From assembly GCA_965237955.1 (NCBI GenBank), contig OZ250169.1, positions 1,920,001 to 1,984,000 on the forward strand: DNA of 64,000 nucleotides, in the 5' to 3' direction. The stretch's first letter is position 1; each line of letters opens with the position of its first letter. The stretch is from Candidatus Marinacidobacterales bacterium. Its GTDB lineage: Bacteria; Acidobacteriota; Vicinamibacteria; Marinacidobacterales; SMYC01. A model generated the notes under the pieces. That model saw only the letters and a list, made by a program, of their open reading frames with translations, ran no database searches and had not been told where the DNA came from. Below are positions 50,542 through 59,964 of the stretch, one piece after another. The position numbers and the translations under genes were made by a program.

Positions 50542-51531
50542 GTGGGTGTTGCGGTCGTCGGTGCGGGAGCCTGGGGCACGGCCCTCGCGAAGCTTCTCGC
50601 CGACAAAGGCGAGGCGGTCACTCTTTGGTGCCGCGAGCCCGAGGTCGCAGCGTCGATTCGAGATCGCCAGGTCAACGAGGCGTTCCTGCCGGATGCGCCG
50701 CTCCCAGGCACACTCGAGGCCACGAACGAGCTCGCCGAAGCTGTCGAGGGTCGCGATCTTATCGTTCTCGCGGTGCCATCGCAGTTCCTGCGCTTCGTCG
50801 TCGAGGAGCTCGCCTCTCGCGTCGGGAGCGAGCAGCGGCTCGTGAGCGCCACCAAAGGCATCGAGGAGAGAACCCTCCTGAGGATGAGCGAGGTCGTCGC
50901 CGACGCGCTCGCGTTTACGCCCGATCTCACCGCAATCTCCGGTCCGTCGTTCGCGAAAGAAGTCTCCCGTGGCGAGCCCACCGCGCTCGTGGCTGCGAGT
51001 GCAACCGTTGGCTCGGCCGAGACCGTACAGAGCCGGCTATCTACAAAGAGCTTCCGCGTGTACACAAGCGACGATGTCGTGGGGGTCGAGCTCGGGGGCG
51101 CGCTGAAGAACGTCATCGCGCTCGCCGTGGGCGTGGCGTCGGGACTCGGTCTCGGCTACAACCCGAAAGCGGCCCTCATGGCGCGCGGATTGAAAGAAAT
51201 CGAGCGCCTTGCCGAGGCGATGGGCGGCAAGCGCGAAACGCTATCGGGGCTCTCCGGCATGGGCGATTTGGTGCTCACGTGCACCGGAGAGCTCTCGAGA
51301 AACCGAACCGTGGGCGTCGCCCTCGGCCTAGGCGAGCCCCTCGACGCCATTCTCGGAAAGATGCGCCAAGTTGCCGAAGGCGTCAGCACGACCCACGCCG
51401 CCGTCGCCCTCGCGCGTCGCCACGGTGTCGACATGCCCATAGCTGTGCAAATGGAGCGGCTGCTTTTGGGGGAGATAACAGCTTCGCAGGCGGTAGAGGA
51501 GTTGTTGGCGAGGCCGCTGAAAGCTGAATAG
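50542..51531 (+). CDS. gpsA: NAD(P)H-dependent glycerol-3-phosphate dehydrogenase
   Basis: GAGAWGTALA, ATKGIE, SGPSFA, GALKNVIA, GDLVLTC....SRN. Confidence 0.96.
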   Translation: MGVAVVGAGAWGTALAKLLADKGEAVTLWCREPEVAASIRDRQVNEAFLPDAPLPGTLEATNELAEAVEGRDLIVLAVPSQFLRFVVEELASRVGSEQRLVSATKGIEERTLLRMSEVVADALAFTPDLTAISGPSFAKEVSRGEPTALVAASATVGSAETVQSRLSTKSFRVYTSDDVVGVELGGALKNVIALAVGVASGLGLGYNPKAALMARGLKEIERLAEAMGGKRETLSGLSGMGDLVLTCTGELSRNRTVGVALGLGEPLDAILGKMRQVAEGVSTTHAAVALARRHGVDMPIAVQMERLLLGEITASQAVEELLARPLKAE

Positions 51532-51536
51532 ATTTC

Positions 51537-51665
51537 GCCATCGGCCATCAGCAGGCTCGAGTTGTACTCGCCTCAGGATGGCACAGTCCGATCGCAACGA
51601 CACTGCCCCGTACTTGGTGAGGGCGACTAGAACCTGCTGATGGCTGATGGCCGATGGCTGAAGGC
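51537..51665. repeat. inverted heptamer tandem element (same family as 19459-19638)
   Basis: GCCATCGGCCATCAGCAGG...AACCTGCTGATGGCTGATGGCCGATGG between convergent gpsA and mqnC. Confidence 0.8.
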
Positions 51666-51668
51666 GGA

Positions 51669-52751
51669 TCAAAAGACCTCAAGAATTTCATACAACGTCG
51701 TCCTCTGCGCAGGCCGAAATCCTGCCTCCCGAATGATCGTCTTCAGTTCCTCAGTGGATGTCTGATTGATGAAGCCGGTCGCGGCATGGACGTTCTCTTC
51801 GAACAGCGTGCCGCCGAAATCGTCGGCGCCCCAGTGCAGAGCGACCTGACCCGTCTTCTTGCCTTCAGAGAACCACGACGCCTGGACATGATCGAAGTTG
51901 TCGAGGTAGAGCCTCGATGCGGCCAACATGCGCAGGTAGTGGTTGGGACCGGCGTGGCGCGGGATCTTCTTGACGAGCGGAGTGTTCCCAGGCTTGAAGC
52001 TCCATGGGACGAACGCGGTGAATCCACCGTACTCGTCCTGGAGTGCACGGATGGCGTCGAAGTGTTCGATGACGTCTTCGTCGGTCTCGACGTGCCCATA
52101 CATCATGGTGGCAGTCGAGCGGAAGCCGAGCGCGTGCGCTTCGCGATGCACTTCGATCCAGCTGTACCTCATGCCCTTTTTGTACGAGATTTTCTTCCTG
52201 ACGCGCTCCGACAAGATTTCCGCGCCGCCTCCGGGTATCGTCGTTTGTCCGGCGTCTTTGAGCGCGTGAAGGACCTCTTTCAGCGAGAGTCCCGATACCG
52301 CGGCCATGCCTTCGATCTCGACGGCCGACCAAAAGTGAGGCGTGACGTCGGGGTAGCGCTCGCGCACGCCGCGCACGAGCTCAAGATAGTACTCGAACGG
52401 GAGCTCGGGGTTGACGCCTCCCTGCATCAACACCGTCGTCACGCCTTTTTCCGCCGAGCGGCCGATACGCTCGAGCATCTCCTCGACCGAGTGCGTATAG
52501 GCACCGTCCTGTCCCGGGCTTCGATAGAACGCGCAGAACGTGCAATCGACGTTGCACACGTTCGTGTAGTTCGGGTTGGTGTCGACGACGAACGTCACCA
52601 CGGGGTCGGGATGCCGACGACGTCTCTCTTTCATCGCGAGCTGGCCGAGGTCGAGTAACGATACGTCACTCAGAAGGAAGAGACCTTCTTTGCGATCGAG
52701 GCGCTCGAGCGAGCGAACTTTGTCCCGGACGGACTCGAGTGTGACTGCCAT
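51669..52751 (-). CDS. mqnC: cyclic dehypoxanthine futalosine synthase
   Basis: NYTNVC...C.FCAFYR, LMQGG, IPGGGAEIL, ATMMYGHVET, GADDFGGT..EENV; mqn context. Confidence 0.9.
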   Translation of the reverse strand: MAVTLESVRDKVRSLERLDRKEGLFLLSDVSLLDLGQLAMKERRRRHPDPVVTFVVDTNPNYTNVCNVDCTFCAFYRSPGQDGAYTHSVEEMLERIGRSAEKGVTTVLMQGGVNPELPFEYYLELVRGVRERYPDVTPHFWSAVEIEGMAAVSGLSLKEVLHALKDAGQTTIPGGGAEILSERVRKKISYKKGMRYSWIEVHREAHALGFRSTATMMYGHVETDEDVIEHFDAIRALQDEYGGFTAFVPWSFKPGNTPLVKKIPRHAGPNHYLRMLAASRLYLDNFDHVQASWFSEGKKTGQVALHWGADDFGGTLFEENVHAATGFINQTSTEELKTIIREAGFRPAQRTTLYEILEVF

Positions 52752-52753
52752 GT

Positions 52754-53515
52754 CTAAATCGGCTCCAACAGGCCGTGCTCCTCGCTCAGACGGCGAAACT
52801 CCTCCAGTCCTTTCATCTCGTCCGGGCCGAGCCGGTAGTGGAAGTTGCGCAAATAGGACGCGAGCACTTTACGCTGGCCGAGCTCGCCCGCGAACTCCGC
52901 GGCGATCTCGTCGATCTGCGACATGCCGACGATGAACGATCGCTCGAGGAGGTCCGCGAAATTCGTCTTGACGTTGTTCGGAAGCGAGCGGCGCACCGCC
53001 CACAGCGCGAACACGAACGGAAGGCCGGTCCAGTTCCACCACTCCGTGGCCAAGTCGTAGCGGTGGGGAAATCTCGGCGTCGGGGTTTGGTTGCGCCAGA
53101 GCGCTTCGTTCCCGATGACGAGAAACGCATCGGCTTCGTCTCGAAGCCCGCGGACGTATTCCTTCGGTTTGTTCCCATCACGCACCTCGAGCAGGAGCCG
53201 CAGGAGGCGCACCGACGTCGACGTGTCTTCGGTGATCCCGATCCGCGCGCCGTCGAGCTCGGACATGGGCTTTCGGCTGAGGAACAAAATACTCCGCACC
53301 TCTTCGCGGTTCGCGACGCCGAGCCCGGCCGCAGGCTCGTAGCGATTCTCGTAGAGCAGGAAGTCGGCGGTCGCCAAAATCCCGGCGTCGATCTCGCCGT
53401 TCGATGCCATCTTGCCGAGTTCGCGCGGCGGCGTCGGGATGAGACGATGCTCCCCGAGAAGAGGGTAAAACGGCTGGCTGTTGAGATAGGAGATTTGCCC
53501 GATCAGGAGTCGCAC
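52754..53515 (-). CDS. mqnA: chorismate dehydratase
   Basis: ISYLNS.P, V.S..F, TSTS..L, LVIGNEAL, DL...W...TGLPFVFALW. Confidence 0.9.
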   Translation of the reverse strand: MRLLIGQISYLNSQPFYPLLGEHRLIPTPPRELGKMASNGEIDAGILATADFLLYENRYEPAAGLGVANREEVRSILFLSRKPMSELDGARIGITEDTSTSVRLLRLLLEVRDGNKPKEYVRGLRDEADAFLVIGNEALWRNQTPTPRFPHRYDLATEWWNWTGLPFVFALWAVRRSLPNNVKTNFADLLERSFIVGMSQIDEIAAEFAGELGQRKVLASYLRNFHYRLGPDEMKGLEEFRRLSEEHGLLEPI

Positions 53516-53522
53516 GGCGCCG

Positions 53523-54623
53523 TTAGTTGTAGACCCGCACGACGTTGTAGAGGGCGTCGCGCTCCGCGGGGACTTTACCGGATTCTCGGATCATATCGAC
53601 GAGTTCCTCCCGCGCCAGCCCTACGGCACTTTGCGCTTGCGCGTAGTGGGCGATGCGCTCTTCGCCAATGGTTCCGTCCAAATCGCTGGCGCCGAAGTTC
53701 AGCGCGACCGACGCCGTCTCCTCGCCGAGCATCACCCAGTAGGATTTGATGTGGTCGAAGTTGTCGAGCAGGAGCCGGGCACACGCCACCGTCCGCAGAT
53801 CCTCGATGGCCGAGGCCTGCCGCTCCACGAGCCCGGTATTCCCGGGCTGGAGCGCCAGCGGGATGAACGCGAGAAACCCGGGGGTCTCGTCCTGCGCCTC
53901 CCGAAGGCGCACCATGTGCTCGACGCGCTCTGCGTAGGTTTCGATGTGCCCGTAGAGGAGCGTCGCGTTCGAGGGGAAGCCCATTTCGTGAGCGATGCGG
54001 TGCACTTCGAACCAGCGATCGGCGCCCATCTTGTGTTTGAACGTCGCCTGGTGCACCCGCTCGGAGAAGACTTCGGCGCCGCCTCCCGGGAGCGACGAAA
54101 GGCCAGCCTCGCGAAGCCGCTCGAGCACTTCCTGAACCGAGACGCGGCCGATGCGGGCAAACCAATCGATCTCGACAGCCGTCCATGCCTTGATTTGAAT
54201 CGACGGGAACGCCTCGTGGATGCGGGCGATGATGTCGACGTAATCCTCGAACTGCCATTTCGGATGGAGCCCCCCGACGATGTGGACTTCGGAGAGCTCG
54301 TCACTGAGCTTTCCGAGGATCTCGTTCATGGACATCTCGTACGCGTGGTCGTCGCCCGGCTTGGCGGCGAAGTCGCAGAACGTGCAGTCGAGGACGCAGA
54401 GATTCGTCGGGTTGATTTGCCGGTTCATCACGAAGTAGACGGTGTCGCCGGTCTTGGCTCGTTTGACGTGGTCGGCCATCTTGCCGAGGGCGGTAATGTC
54501 CCACGTGTTCAGGATCGTGAGGCCGTCGTCGCGGCCTAGCCTCACGCCCGAGAGCACTTTCTCCCAAATCGGAACGAGGGCCTGGTCTTGAAAGAGGATG
54601 TCTTCGATCGTGGTCGTGCTCAC
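53523..54623 (-). CDS. mqnE: aminofutalosine synthase
   Basis: INPTNLC...C.FC.F, EVHIVGGLHP, PGGGAEVF, NATLLYGHIET, HIKSYWVM; start GTG54623. Confidence 0.9.
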   Translation of the reverse strand: MSTTTIEDILFQDQALVPIWEKVLSGVRLGRDDGLTILNTWDITALGKMADHVKRAKTGDTVYFVMNRQINPTNLCVLDCTFCDFAAKPGDDHAYEMSMNEILGKLSDELSEVHIVGGLHPKWQFEDYVDIIARIHEAFPSIQIKAWTAVEIDWFARIGRVSVQEVLERLREAGLSSLPGGGAEVFSERVHQATFKHKMGADRWFEVHRIAHEMGFPSNATLLYGHIETYAERVEHMVRLREAQDETPGFLAFIPLALQPGNTGLVERQASAIEDLRTVACARLLLDNFDHIKSYWVMLGEETASVALNFGASDLDGTIGEERIAHYAQAQSAVGLAREELVDMIRESGKVPAERDALYNVVRVYN

Positions 54624-54754
54624 AACCGAATTATTGTCAAAACCGGCCGCGTCTTCCAGTGGAATGCTCGCTCGCTCCTCGCTCGCTCGCTCGGCCTCTC
54701 GTCGGCGCTTAAAACGTCGCTGACCAGCCTGCGAGTGCATCACTCCCACGCATC

Positions 54755-55306
54755 CTACTCGAGCTCTTTTGCCCGCCAGCCTCCCGGCACCTCGACGCCT
54801 AGGATTGGCAAGACTTTGTCGATGAACCCGTTCACGTCGTCGTCCATCGAATCGGGGTTCTTGTACCAAGGCGGCGAGATCGGCATGATCACCGCTCCCT
54901 CGCGGGACAGCTTGAGCGCGTTCTCGTGGGCGATCGACGACAGCGGCGTTTCCCGAATCCCCACGACCAGCCGCATTCTCTCCTTCAGTGCGACCTGTGC
55001 AGCCCGGGTGATCAATGTATCGGCAATGCCGTTCGCAATCTTGCCGAGCGTCGAGATGCTGCACGGCATCAGCACGAGCGCATCATAGCAGTTGGACCCG
55101 GAAGAAAACGGCGCCGCCAAATCGTTGTCGCGGAACACCGCTTTGACGTGCGGCCTCAGGTCGTCGAGTCCCATGTGGAGCTCGTGCTCGAGCACTTTTT
55201 CGCCCCAGTCGGAGACCACGAGGAACTTGTCGCCGGGGCAGCGCTCGAGAAATTTGACGCCGTAAATGACTCCGGAAGAACCAGTTATGCCAACAACGAT
55301 CCTCAC
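54755..55306 (-). CDS. ubiX: flavin prenyltransferase UbiX
   Basis: IVVGITGSSG, APFSSGS, PCS..TL..IA.G, RAA.V.LKE, RETPL; start GTG55306. Confidence 0.92.
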   Translation of the reverse strand: MRIVVGITGSSGVIYGVKFLERCPGDKFLVVSDWGEKVLEHELHMGLDDLRPHVKAVFRDNDLAAPFSSGSNCYDALVLMPCSISTLGKIANGIADTLITRAAQVALKERMRLVVGIRETPLSSIAHENALKLSREGAVIMPISPPWYKNPDSMDDDVNGFIDKVLPILGVEVPGGWRAKELE

Positions 55307-56142
55307 GACCAGACTCCCGCCGCCACGAAGCCAAGAACCACGAAACCGACGACCGCGTTGATCTTGAAAAACGCGAGCTCCACGTCGGTTGCCTTTTGAT
55401 GCTCGAGGAGCAACAGCGCCCCGATTGCGAGCAGCATCGTAGCGGCCAGCGGACCCTCCATGAAGGTCCAGTAGAGCACGCCTAGAAGCGCAAACGCCAC
55501 CACGTGGAATAGCAGGGAAATCGCGAGCGCGCGTTCCTTTCCCAGCCGAGCGGGAAGCGAGTGAAGGCCTTCGCTGCGGTCGAAATCTATATCGAGGGTC
55601 GCGTAAATGATGTCGAAGCCGGCGACCCAGAACAACGTGAACAGGCCGAGGAGCACGATGCGAGGGTAGTCGATGAAATCGAGCTGCACCGCGAACCAGG
55701 CGCCTAGAGGGCCCATGGCGAGGGCCGCGCCGACTCCCAGGTGGGCCCACATCGTGAAGCGTTTCAGCAACGGGTAGAGGAGAAAGATTGCGAGCGGGAT
55801 GGGGGCGAGCTCGAGACATCGGGGAGAGATGAGATAGGCGGCGACGAGGTAGACGACGATGCCGACACCGGTGACGAAGGCCCCTTCGGCGAGCTTCATC
55901 TGGCCGCTGGGAAGCTCCCGGCCCGCTGTCCGCGGGTTCTTGCGATCGATGGCGCGGTCGAGAATGCGGTTGAGGCCGAGCGCGGCGGTGCGGGCGCCGG
56001 TCCCCGCCACCAGGATCAGGAGGAGCACTCGCCACGTGAGCTCGCCGTGGGCGAGAAGGGCGCCGCTCAGAAGCATCGGGAACGAGAACAGGGTGTGCTC
56101 GATCTTGACGAATCGGCTGTACGCCTTCAGACGGTCCTGCAT
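55303..56142 (-). CDS. UbiA-family prenyltransferase (MqnP-like)
   Basis: KIEHTLFSFP, NR..D..ID..NPRT..RELP.G, WVAGFDIIYA..D. Confidence 0.9.
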   Translation of the reverse strand: MQDRLKAYSRFVKIEHTLFSFPMLLSGALLAHGELTWRVLLLILVAGTGARTAALGLNRILDRAIDRKNPRTAGRELPSGQMKLAEGAFVTGVGIVVYLVAAYLISPRCLELAPIPLAIFLLYPLLKRFTMWAHLGVGAALAMGPLGAWFAVQLDFIDYPRIVLLGLFTLFWVAGFDIIYATLDIDFDRSEGLHSLPARLGKERALAISLLFHVVAFALLGVLYWTFMEGPLAATMLLAIGALLLLEHQKATDVELAFFKINAVVGFVVLGFVAAGVWS

Positions 56143-56162
56143 CGCGATTGTTAGAAACACCT

Positions 56163-56192
56163 TTGACAGCGCGAATCAATGTTCTTTAGAAT
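56163..56192 (+). promoter_or_regulatory. sigma70-type promoter upstream of the histone H1-like gene
   Basis: TTGACA-N18-TAGAAT. Confidence 0.5.
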
Positions 56193-56390
56193 CGCGACCG
56201 AATGCAACGCGGATCTGGTCTCATTAAACGTTTCGAGGAACATCAGTCTTATCTCTTTGCGCTCTCATCGAGATGACGAAACAAACATTCGATGTTATTC
56301 TCGATTCGGAGTTGCGGGAGATTCGCTTGATGTGTTGGAGTTCATTGCAACGAAGACACCGCTGACCGTGGATGGAGGTGGGCAGCTGAC

Positions 56391-56837
56391 ATGAAGAAGA
56401 AAAAAAAGAAGAAAGCCAAGAAGAAGAAAGCCACCAAGCGGAAAGTGACGCGCAAGAAGAAAGCCGCGAAGAAGCGTCGGCCAGCCAAGAAAAAGGCTAA
56501 AAAGAAGAAGGCTAAAAAGAAGAAGGCGGAGAAGAGAGTAGCCAAGAAGAAGACCAAGAAGAAGAGGGCTACCAAGAAGAAAGCCAAGAAAAAGGCTAAA
56601 AAGAAGGTCAAGAAAAAGGCCGCCAAGAAGAAAAAAGCGGCGCCGAAGAAGAAGGCTCCTCCGGCTCCGAAACCCGCGCCCGCTCCAGCGGAACCGGCTC
56701 GAACGCCGGCACCGTGGGAGAGCGGGTCTTCGGCGCCGGCGACCCCGTCGTGGCAACGGCCAGACTCCGAGCGTCAGGGCTCCGGCGCCACCGGACCCGA
56801 TACGAACCGACGGACCCGGAGACGACAACGACGATGA
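56391..56837 (+). CDS. Lys/Ala-rich histone H1-like nucleoid protein; 3' end possibly frameshifted
   Basis: About 85 residues of KKKA-type repeats followed by a PAP-rich tail; GGAGG upstream. Confidence 0.75.
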   Translation: MKKKKKKKAKKKKATKRKVTRKKKAAKKRRPAKKKAKKKKAKKKKAEKRVAKKKTKKKRATKKKAKKKAKKKVKKKAAKKKKAAPKKKAPPAPKPAPAPAEPARTPAPWESGSSAPATPSWQRPDSERQGSGATGPDTNRRTRRRQRR

Positions 56838-56901
56838 TCTTGGTGGAGGAACGGGTCCGGTCTTCTAGACGAAACGAATAGTCGCGCCTGCCTTCAGCGT
56901 G

Positions 56902-56935
56902 GCGCGCCCCCGGCTTTCAACCGTCGGGGGCGCGT
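56902..56935. terminator. GC-rich hairpin between convergent genes
   Basis: GCGCGCCCCCGG...TCGGGGGCGCGT; no clear U-tract. Confidence 0.4.
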
Positions 56936-56949
56936 TGCGCGCGGCAGGG

Positions 56950-57147
56950 CTAGTCGTCGCCGATACGAAATCGGCCGCTATCCGCGAAGTGTTTCATGTC
57001 GCACGTGGGGCAGGTGACGAACTCCTTGCCAGCTTCTTTCTCGATCTTGCTCGTCACGTCTTCCGCCTCGATAGGGTTACCGCACGTGCAGTAGAACACG
57101 CCTTCTTCGAGGAAAATGTCAGCCTCGACGTCTAGCTCGTCGCTCAT
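56950..57147 (-). CDS. 65-aa acidic zinc-ribbon-like protein
   Basis: GGGGAG RBS; CTCG...CPTC. Confidence 0.65.
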   Translation of the reverse strand: MSDELDVEADIFLEEGVFYCTCGNPIEAEDVTSKIEKEAGKEFVTCPTCDMKHFADSGRFRIGDD

Positions 57148-57322
57148 CGTGAGCTCCCCACTCGTTGGTCTTTTTGTTAATTAGGACGGGAGAATTATAG
57201 CATGGTGTTTCCGTGAGGCGCACTCGTCGGATTGCGATTCGTGGTAGTATTGGTGACCCTTGCGAGGTCGTTTCGACGTCGTTTGCTAGGAAACCAAAGC
57301 TACTACAGGAAGCATAGCTACC

Positions 57323-58486
57323 ATGGAACTCAAGAGAATTCTTGCGTTGGCGGCGGTTTCGCTGCTCGTCTTTGCAGGCTGCGGAGGCCCCAATGTCGGC
57401 GTTACGAGCGAAGAGATCAAGATCGGGACCTGGGCGCCGCTGACAGGACCGGCTTCGAATCTCTCGACGATCGCCAAAGCCATGGACGCCTATTTTGCGT
57501 ATATCAACGATCAAGGCGGCATCCATGGACGCAAGCTGACGCTCCTCGTGAAAGACGACGGCTATGATCCACGACGGACGCCAGGTGTCGTCGAGGAGTT
57601 GGTCGACGGCGAACACGTGTTCGCGTTGCTTGGAGGTAGCGGCACCACGAGCTGTCTGGCCGTGAAAGACTACATCGCGATCAAACTGCTTCCCTGGATC
57701 AACCCTGGCTCCGCCGCGCGGGTCTGGACATCGCCCGTCAACGCCTACGTGTTCTCCACATTCCCTTCCTACGTCACCGAGGGGCGTATTCTTGCCAAAT
57801 ACGTTGTCAACGAGGTCGAAGCCGACAAGTACGGCATGTTCTACCAGGATGATTCCTTCGGGCGCGAAGGCGAAGAAGGGGTGCGCCTTGGACTCCGGAG
57901 CGCGGACAAAGAGATCGTCCTCGCACAAGCGTACCAGGTGGGGCAGAATGACCTTACCGAGATCGCTCAGAAATTCAAAGACGAAGAAGTGGACGTCATC
58001 TTCGTTTGGAGCATCACGGAAGGTGCTGCTGCCCTCGTCAAAGCCATTGCCGCGATCGAGGACTACGACCCTCAAATCGTGGCCACGCAAGTCCTCTCGG
58101 ATCCGATCATGTTCGATCTCGCGGGCGACGGGTGGGAGGGCGCCATCGTCGCTTCGAGTGTGCCCGAGACGACGTCCGATGAGCCCGGCACGATCAAGGC
58201 TCGTGAGATTATCGAACAGTATGGAAACGGTATGGAGTTCGGCACTTACGCTTATTGGGGGCTCGCGCGTGCGGAGATTCTCGTCGAGGGCCTCGAGCGT
58301 GCCGGTCCTGACCTCACGCGTCTCAAGTTCATCCTGGCCATCGAGGGCATCGACAACTGGACCGATAACTTCGTGGGAACGTCCATCAGCTTCAGCGCAG
58401 AGAACCACCAGGGACTGAACGCCATCCATTTGAGCAAAGCCGAAGGGGGTACGCTCGTGCACCTTTCCGAATGGCTCGAGTCCTGA
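57323..58486 (+). CDS. ABC transporter substrate-binding lipoprotein (LivJ/LivK-like, PBP1 fold), no adjacent permease
   Basis: FAGC lipobox; IKIG...PLTG, IN..GGIHGRKL....DDGYDP. Confidence 0.9.
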   Translation: MELKRILALAAVSLLVFAGCGGPNVGVTSEEIKIGTWAPLTGPASNLSTIAKAMDAYFAYINDQGGIHGRKLTLLVKDDGYDPRRTPGVVEELVDGEHVFALLGGSGTTSCLAVKDYIAIKLLPWINPGSAARVWTSPVNAYVFSTFPSYVTEGRILAKYVVNEVEADKYGMFYQDDSFGREGEEGVRLGLRSADKEIVLAQAYQVGQNDLTEIAQKFKDEEVDVIFVWSITEGAAALVKAIAAIEDYDPQIVATQVLSDPIMFDLAGDGWEGAIVASSVPETTSDEPGTIKAREIIEQYGNGMEFGTYAYWGLARAEILVEGLERAGPDLTRLKFILAIEGIDNWTDNFVGTSISFSAENHQGLNAIHLSKAEGGTLVHLSEWLES

Positions 58487-58703
58487 TTTCCCCACGGCCT
58501 CCGCGGTGCGCTGCCCTGAAGGCTGGTTTGACCGTCACCCGTCTCGCCATTAGAATCCCGTCGTCCTAGTTTCTTTTGCAGAGGGGAGAAGTTTTCGCAA
58601 TGCGGCTCGCGGGCCGAAAAAGGGTTGGTACTCCCTTGCCTGCCGGTCCGAGCGTACCCCCCGTCTTTAAGCGATAGCCACCAAAGGAGGGAGGCCATCC
58701 ACG

Positions 58704-59048
58704 ATGAAGTTCGGAAGGACGATACGTAAGCTTCGCGAAGAGAAAAACATCAGCATTGCTCAGTTCGCGCGGAAGGTAGGGATCAGCCCGACGTACTTGG
58801 CGCCGATCGAGCGAGACGTGTTCGCTCCGCCCGCGGAGCACAAGGTCGTCAAGATCGCCAAGGCGCTCGACCAGGACCCGGACGAGTTCCTCGCGCTCGC
58901 GGGCCGTATCGGGACCGATCTGAGGCGCATTATCCGCCGCCAACCGGTCAACGCGGGACGGATGTTGCGCGCGATCGATGGTCTACCCGGCGAGGACGTC
59001 GACGCTCTCGTCTTGAGCGCGAAGAGGAAAAGCCGCCGAAAAAGGTAG
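58704..59048 (+). CDS. XRE-family HTH transcriptional regulator
   Basis: AGGAGG RBS; FG..IRKLREEK.IS...FA..VGISPTYL..IER. Confidence 0.88.
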   Translation: MKFGRTIRKLREEKNISIAQFARKVGISPTYLAPIERDVFAPPAEHKVVKIAKALDQDPDEFLALAGRIGTDLRRIIRRQPVNAGRMLRAIDGLPGEDVDALVLSAKRKSRRKR

Positions 59049-59139
59049 CACGGCGGGTAACGAGCCATTCACCGCCGCGCGATGTCCGCTATCCGCTATC
59101 CGCCGTCCGGTCGACGTCTTCAGTGGTTAGAATAGCGGC

Positions 59140-59964
59140 ATGAGTCAACCGTCCTCGGGGGGATTCCCCGATTTGCGGATCGTTCCCGTTAGCGATCTGC
59201 TGCTACATGAAGACGTGGATCTCGAACGGGCTGCGCGGTTGCTCGACCGCCTTTCGGCGGACGGGATTTTGCGGAACCCGCCGATCGTGGCGAGCCTTCC
59301 CGGAAGCGATCGCTGCTTGCTCCTCGACGGCGCCAACCGCGTTTCGGCGCTCGAGAATCTCGACATCCCTCATTTGCTCGTGCAAGTGGAGCCCTACGAG
59401 AACCGAGACCTCGAGATTCGGCATTGGAACCACGTGGTGCGCGACATCGAGGCGGACAAGATCGTCGAGTATGCCCGTTCGATTCCGGGCGTGGACATGG
59501 TCGAGGGCGAGGCACCCGTCGAGGGTTATCTCGCGAGCTTCGTAACCGACGATGACGAAGCGCACCATCTCGTCACCAGCGCTCCGATGAACGAGCGCGT
59601 GAAACATTTGCGTGCGATCGTCGACATCTACTACAAAGGTGAGGCCCGTCTCGACCGCGTGAACCACGCCGACGTGGCGACGTTGCGCGCACAACACCCC
59701 CACTTCGGAGCGCTGGTCACGTTTCCCGATTTCACCAAAGACGACGTCCGCGCCGTCGCGGAGGCGGGAGATCGTCTTCCCTCGGGAGTGACCCGCATCC
59801 TCGTCCCGCGACGGGTGCTGGGCTTCAACCTCCGCCTACCGCTTCTGAAATCGAACCTCCCCCTGGAAGAAAAAAGGCGCTGGCTCGCCGACGAAATCCA
59901 GCACAAGGTCTCCGAGCACAAGGTCCGTTACTATCAGGAGCCTACGTTTGTGTTTGATGATTAG
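59140..59964 (+). CDS. ParB/Srx-fold protein resembling the free L-serine kinase SbnI
   Basis: LLLHE, RNPPIV, LLDGANR, W.H, LPSGVTR..V..R.L, RYYQEP. Confidence 0.7.
   Translation: MSQPSSGGFPDLRIVPVSDLLLHEDVDLERAARLLDRLSADGILRNPPIVASLPGSDRCLLLDGANRVSALENLDIPHLLVQVEPYENRDLEIRHWNHVVRDIEADKIVEYARSIPGVDMVEGEAPVEGYLASFVTDDDEAHHLVTSAPMNERVKHLRAIVDIYYKGEARLDRVNHADVATLRAQHPHFGALVTFPDFTKDDVRAVAEAGDRLPSGVTRILVPRRVLGFNLRLPLLKSNLPLEEKRRWLADEIQHKVSEHKVRYYQEPTFVFDD

Noticed and set aside
51669-56142. Two extra radical SAM genes as part of a novel cluster
   Set aside because: They match MqnC and MqnE in a standard futalosine menaquinone operon.
56295-56828. Phe/Leu-rich minus-strand ORFs as membrane proteins
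   Set aside because: They are antisense shadows of the Lys-codon repeats.
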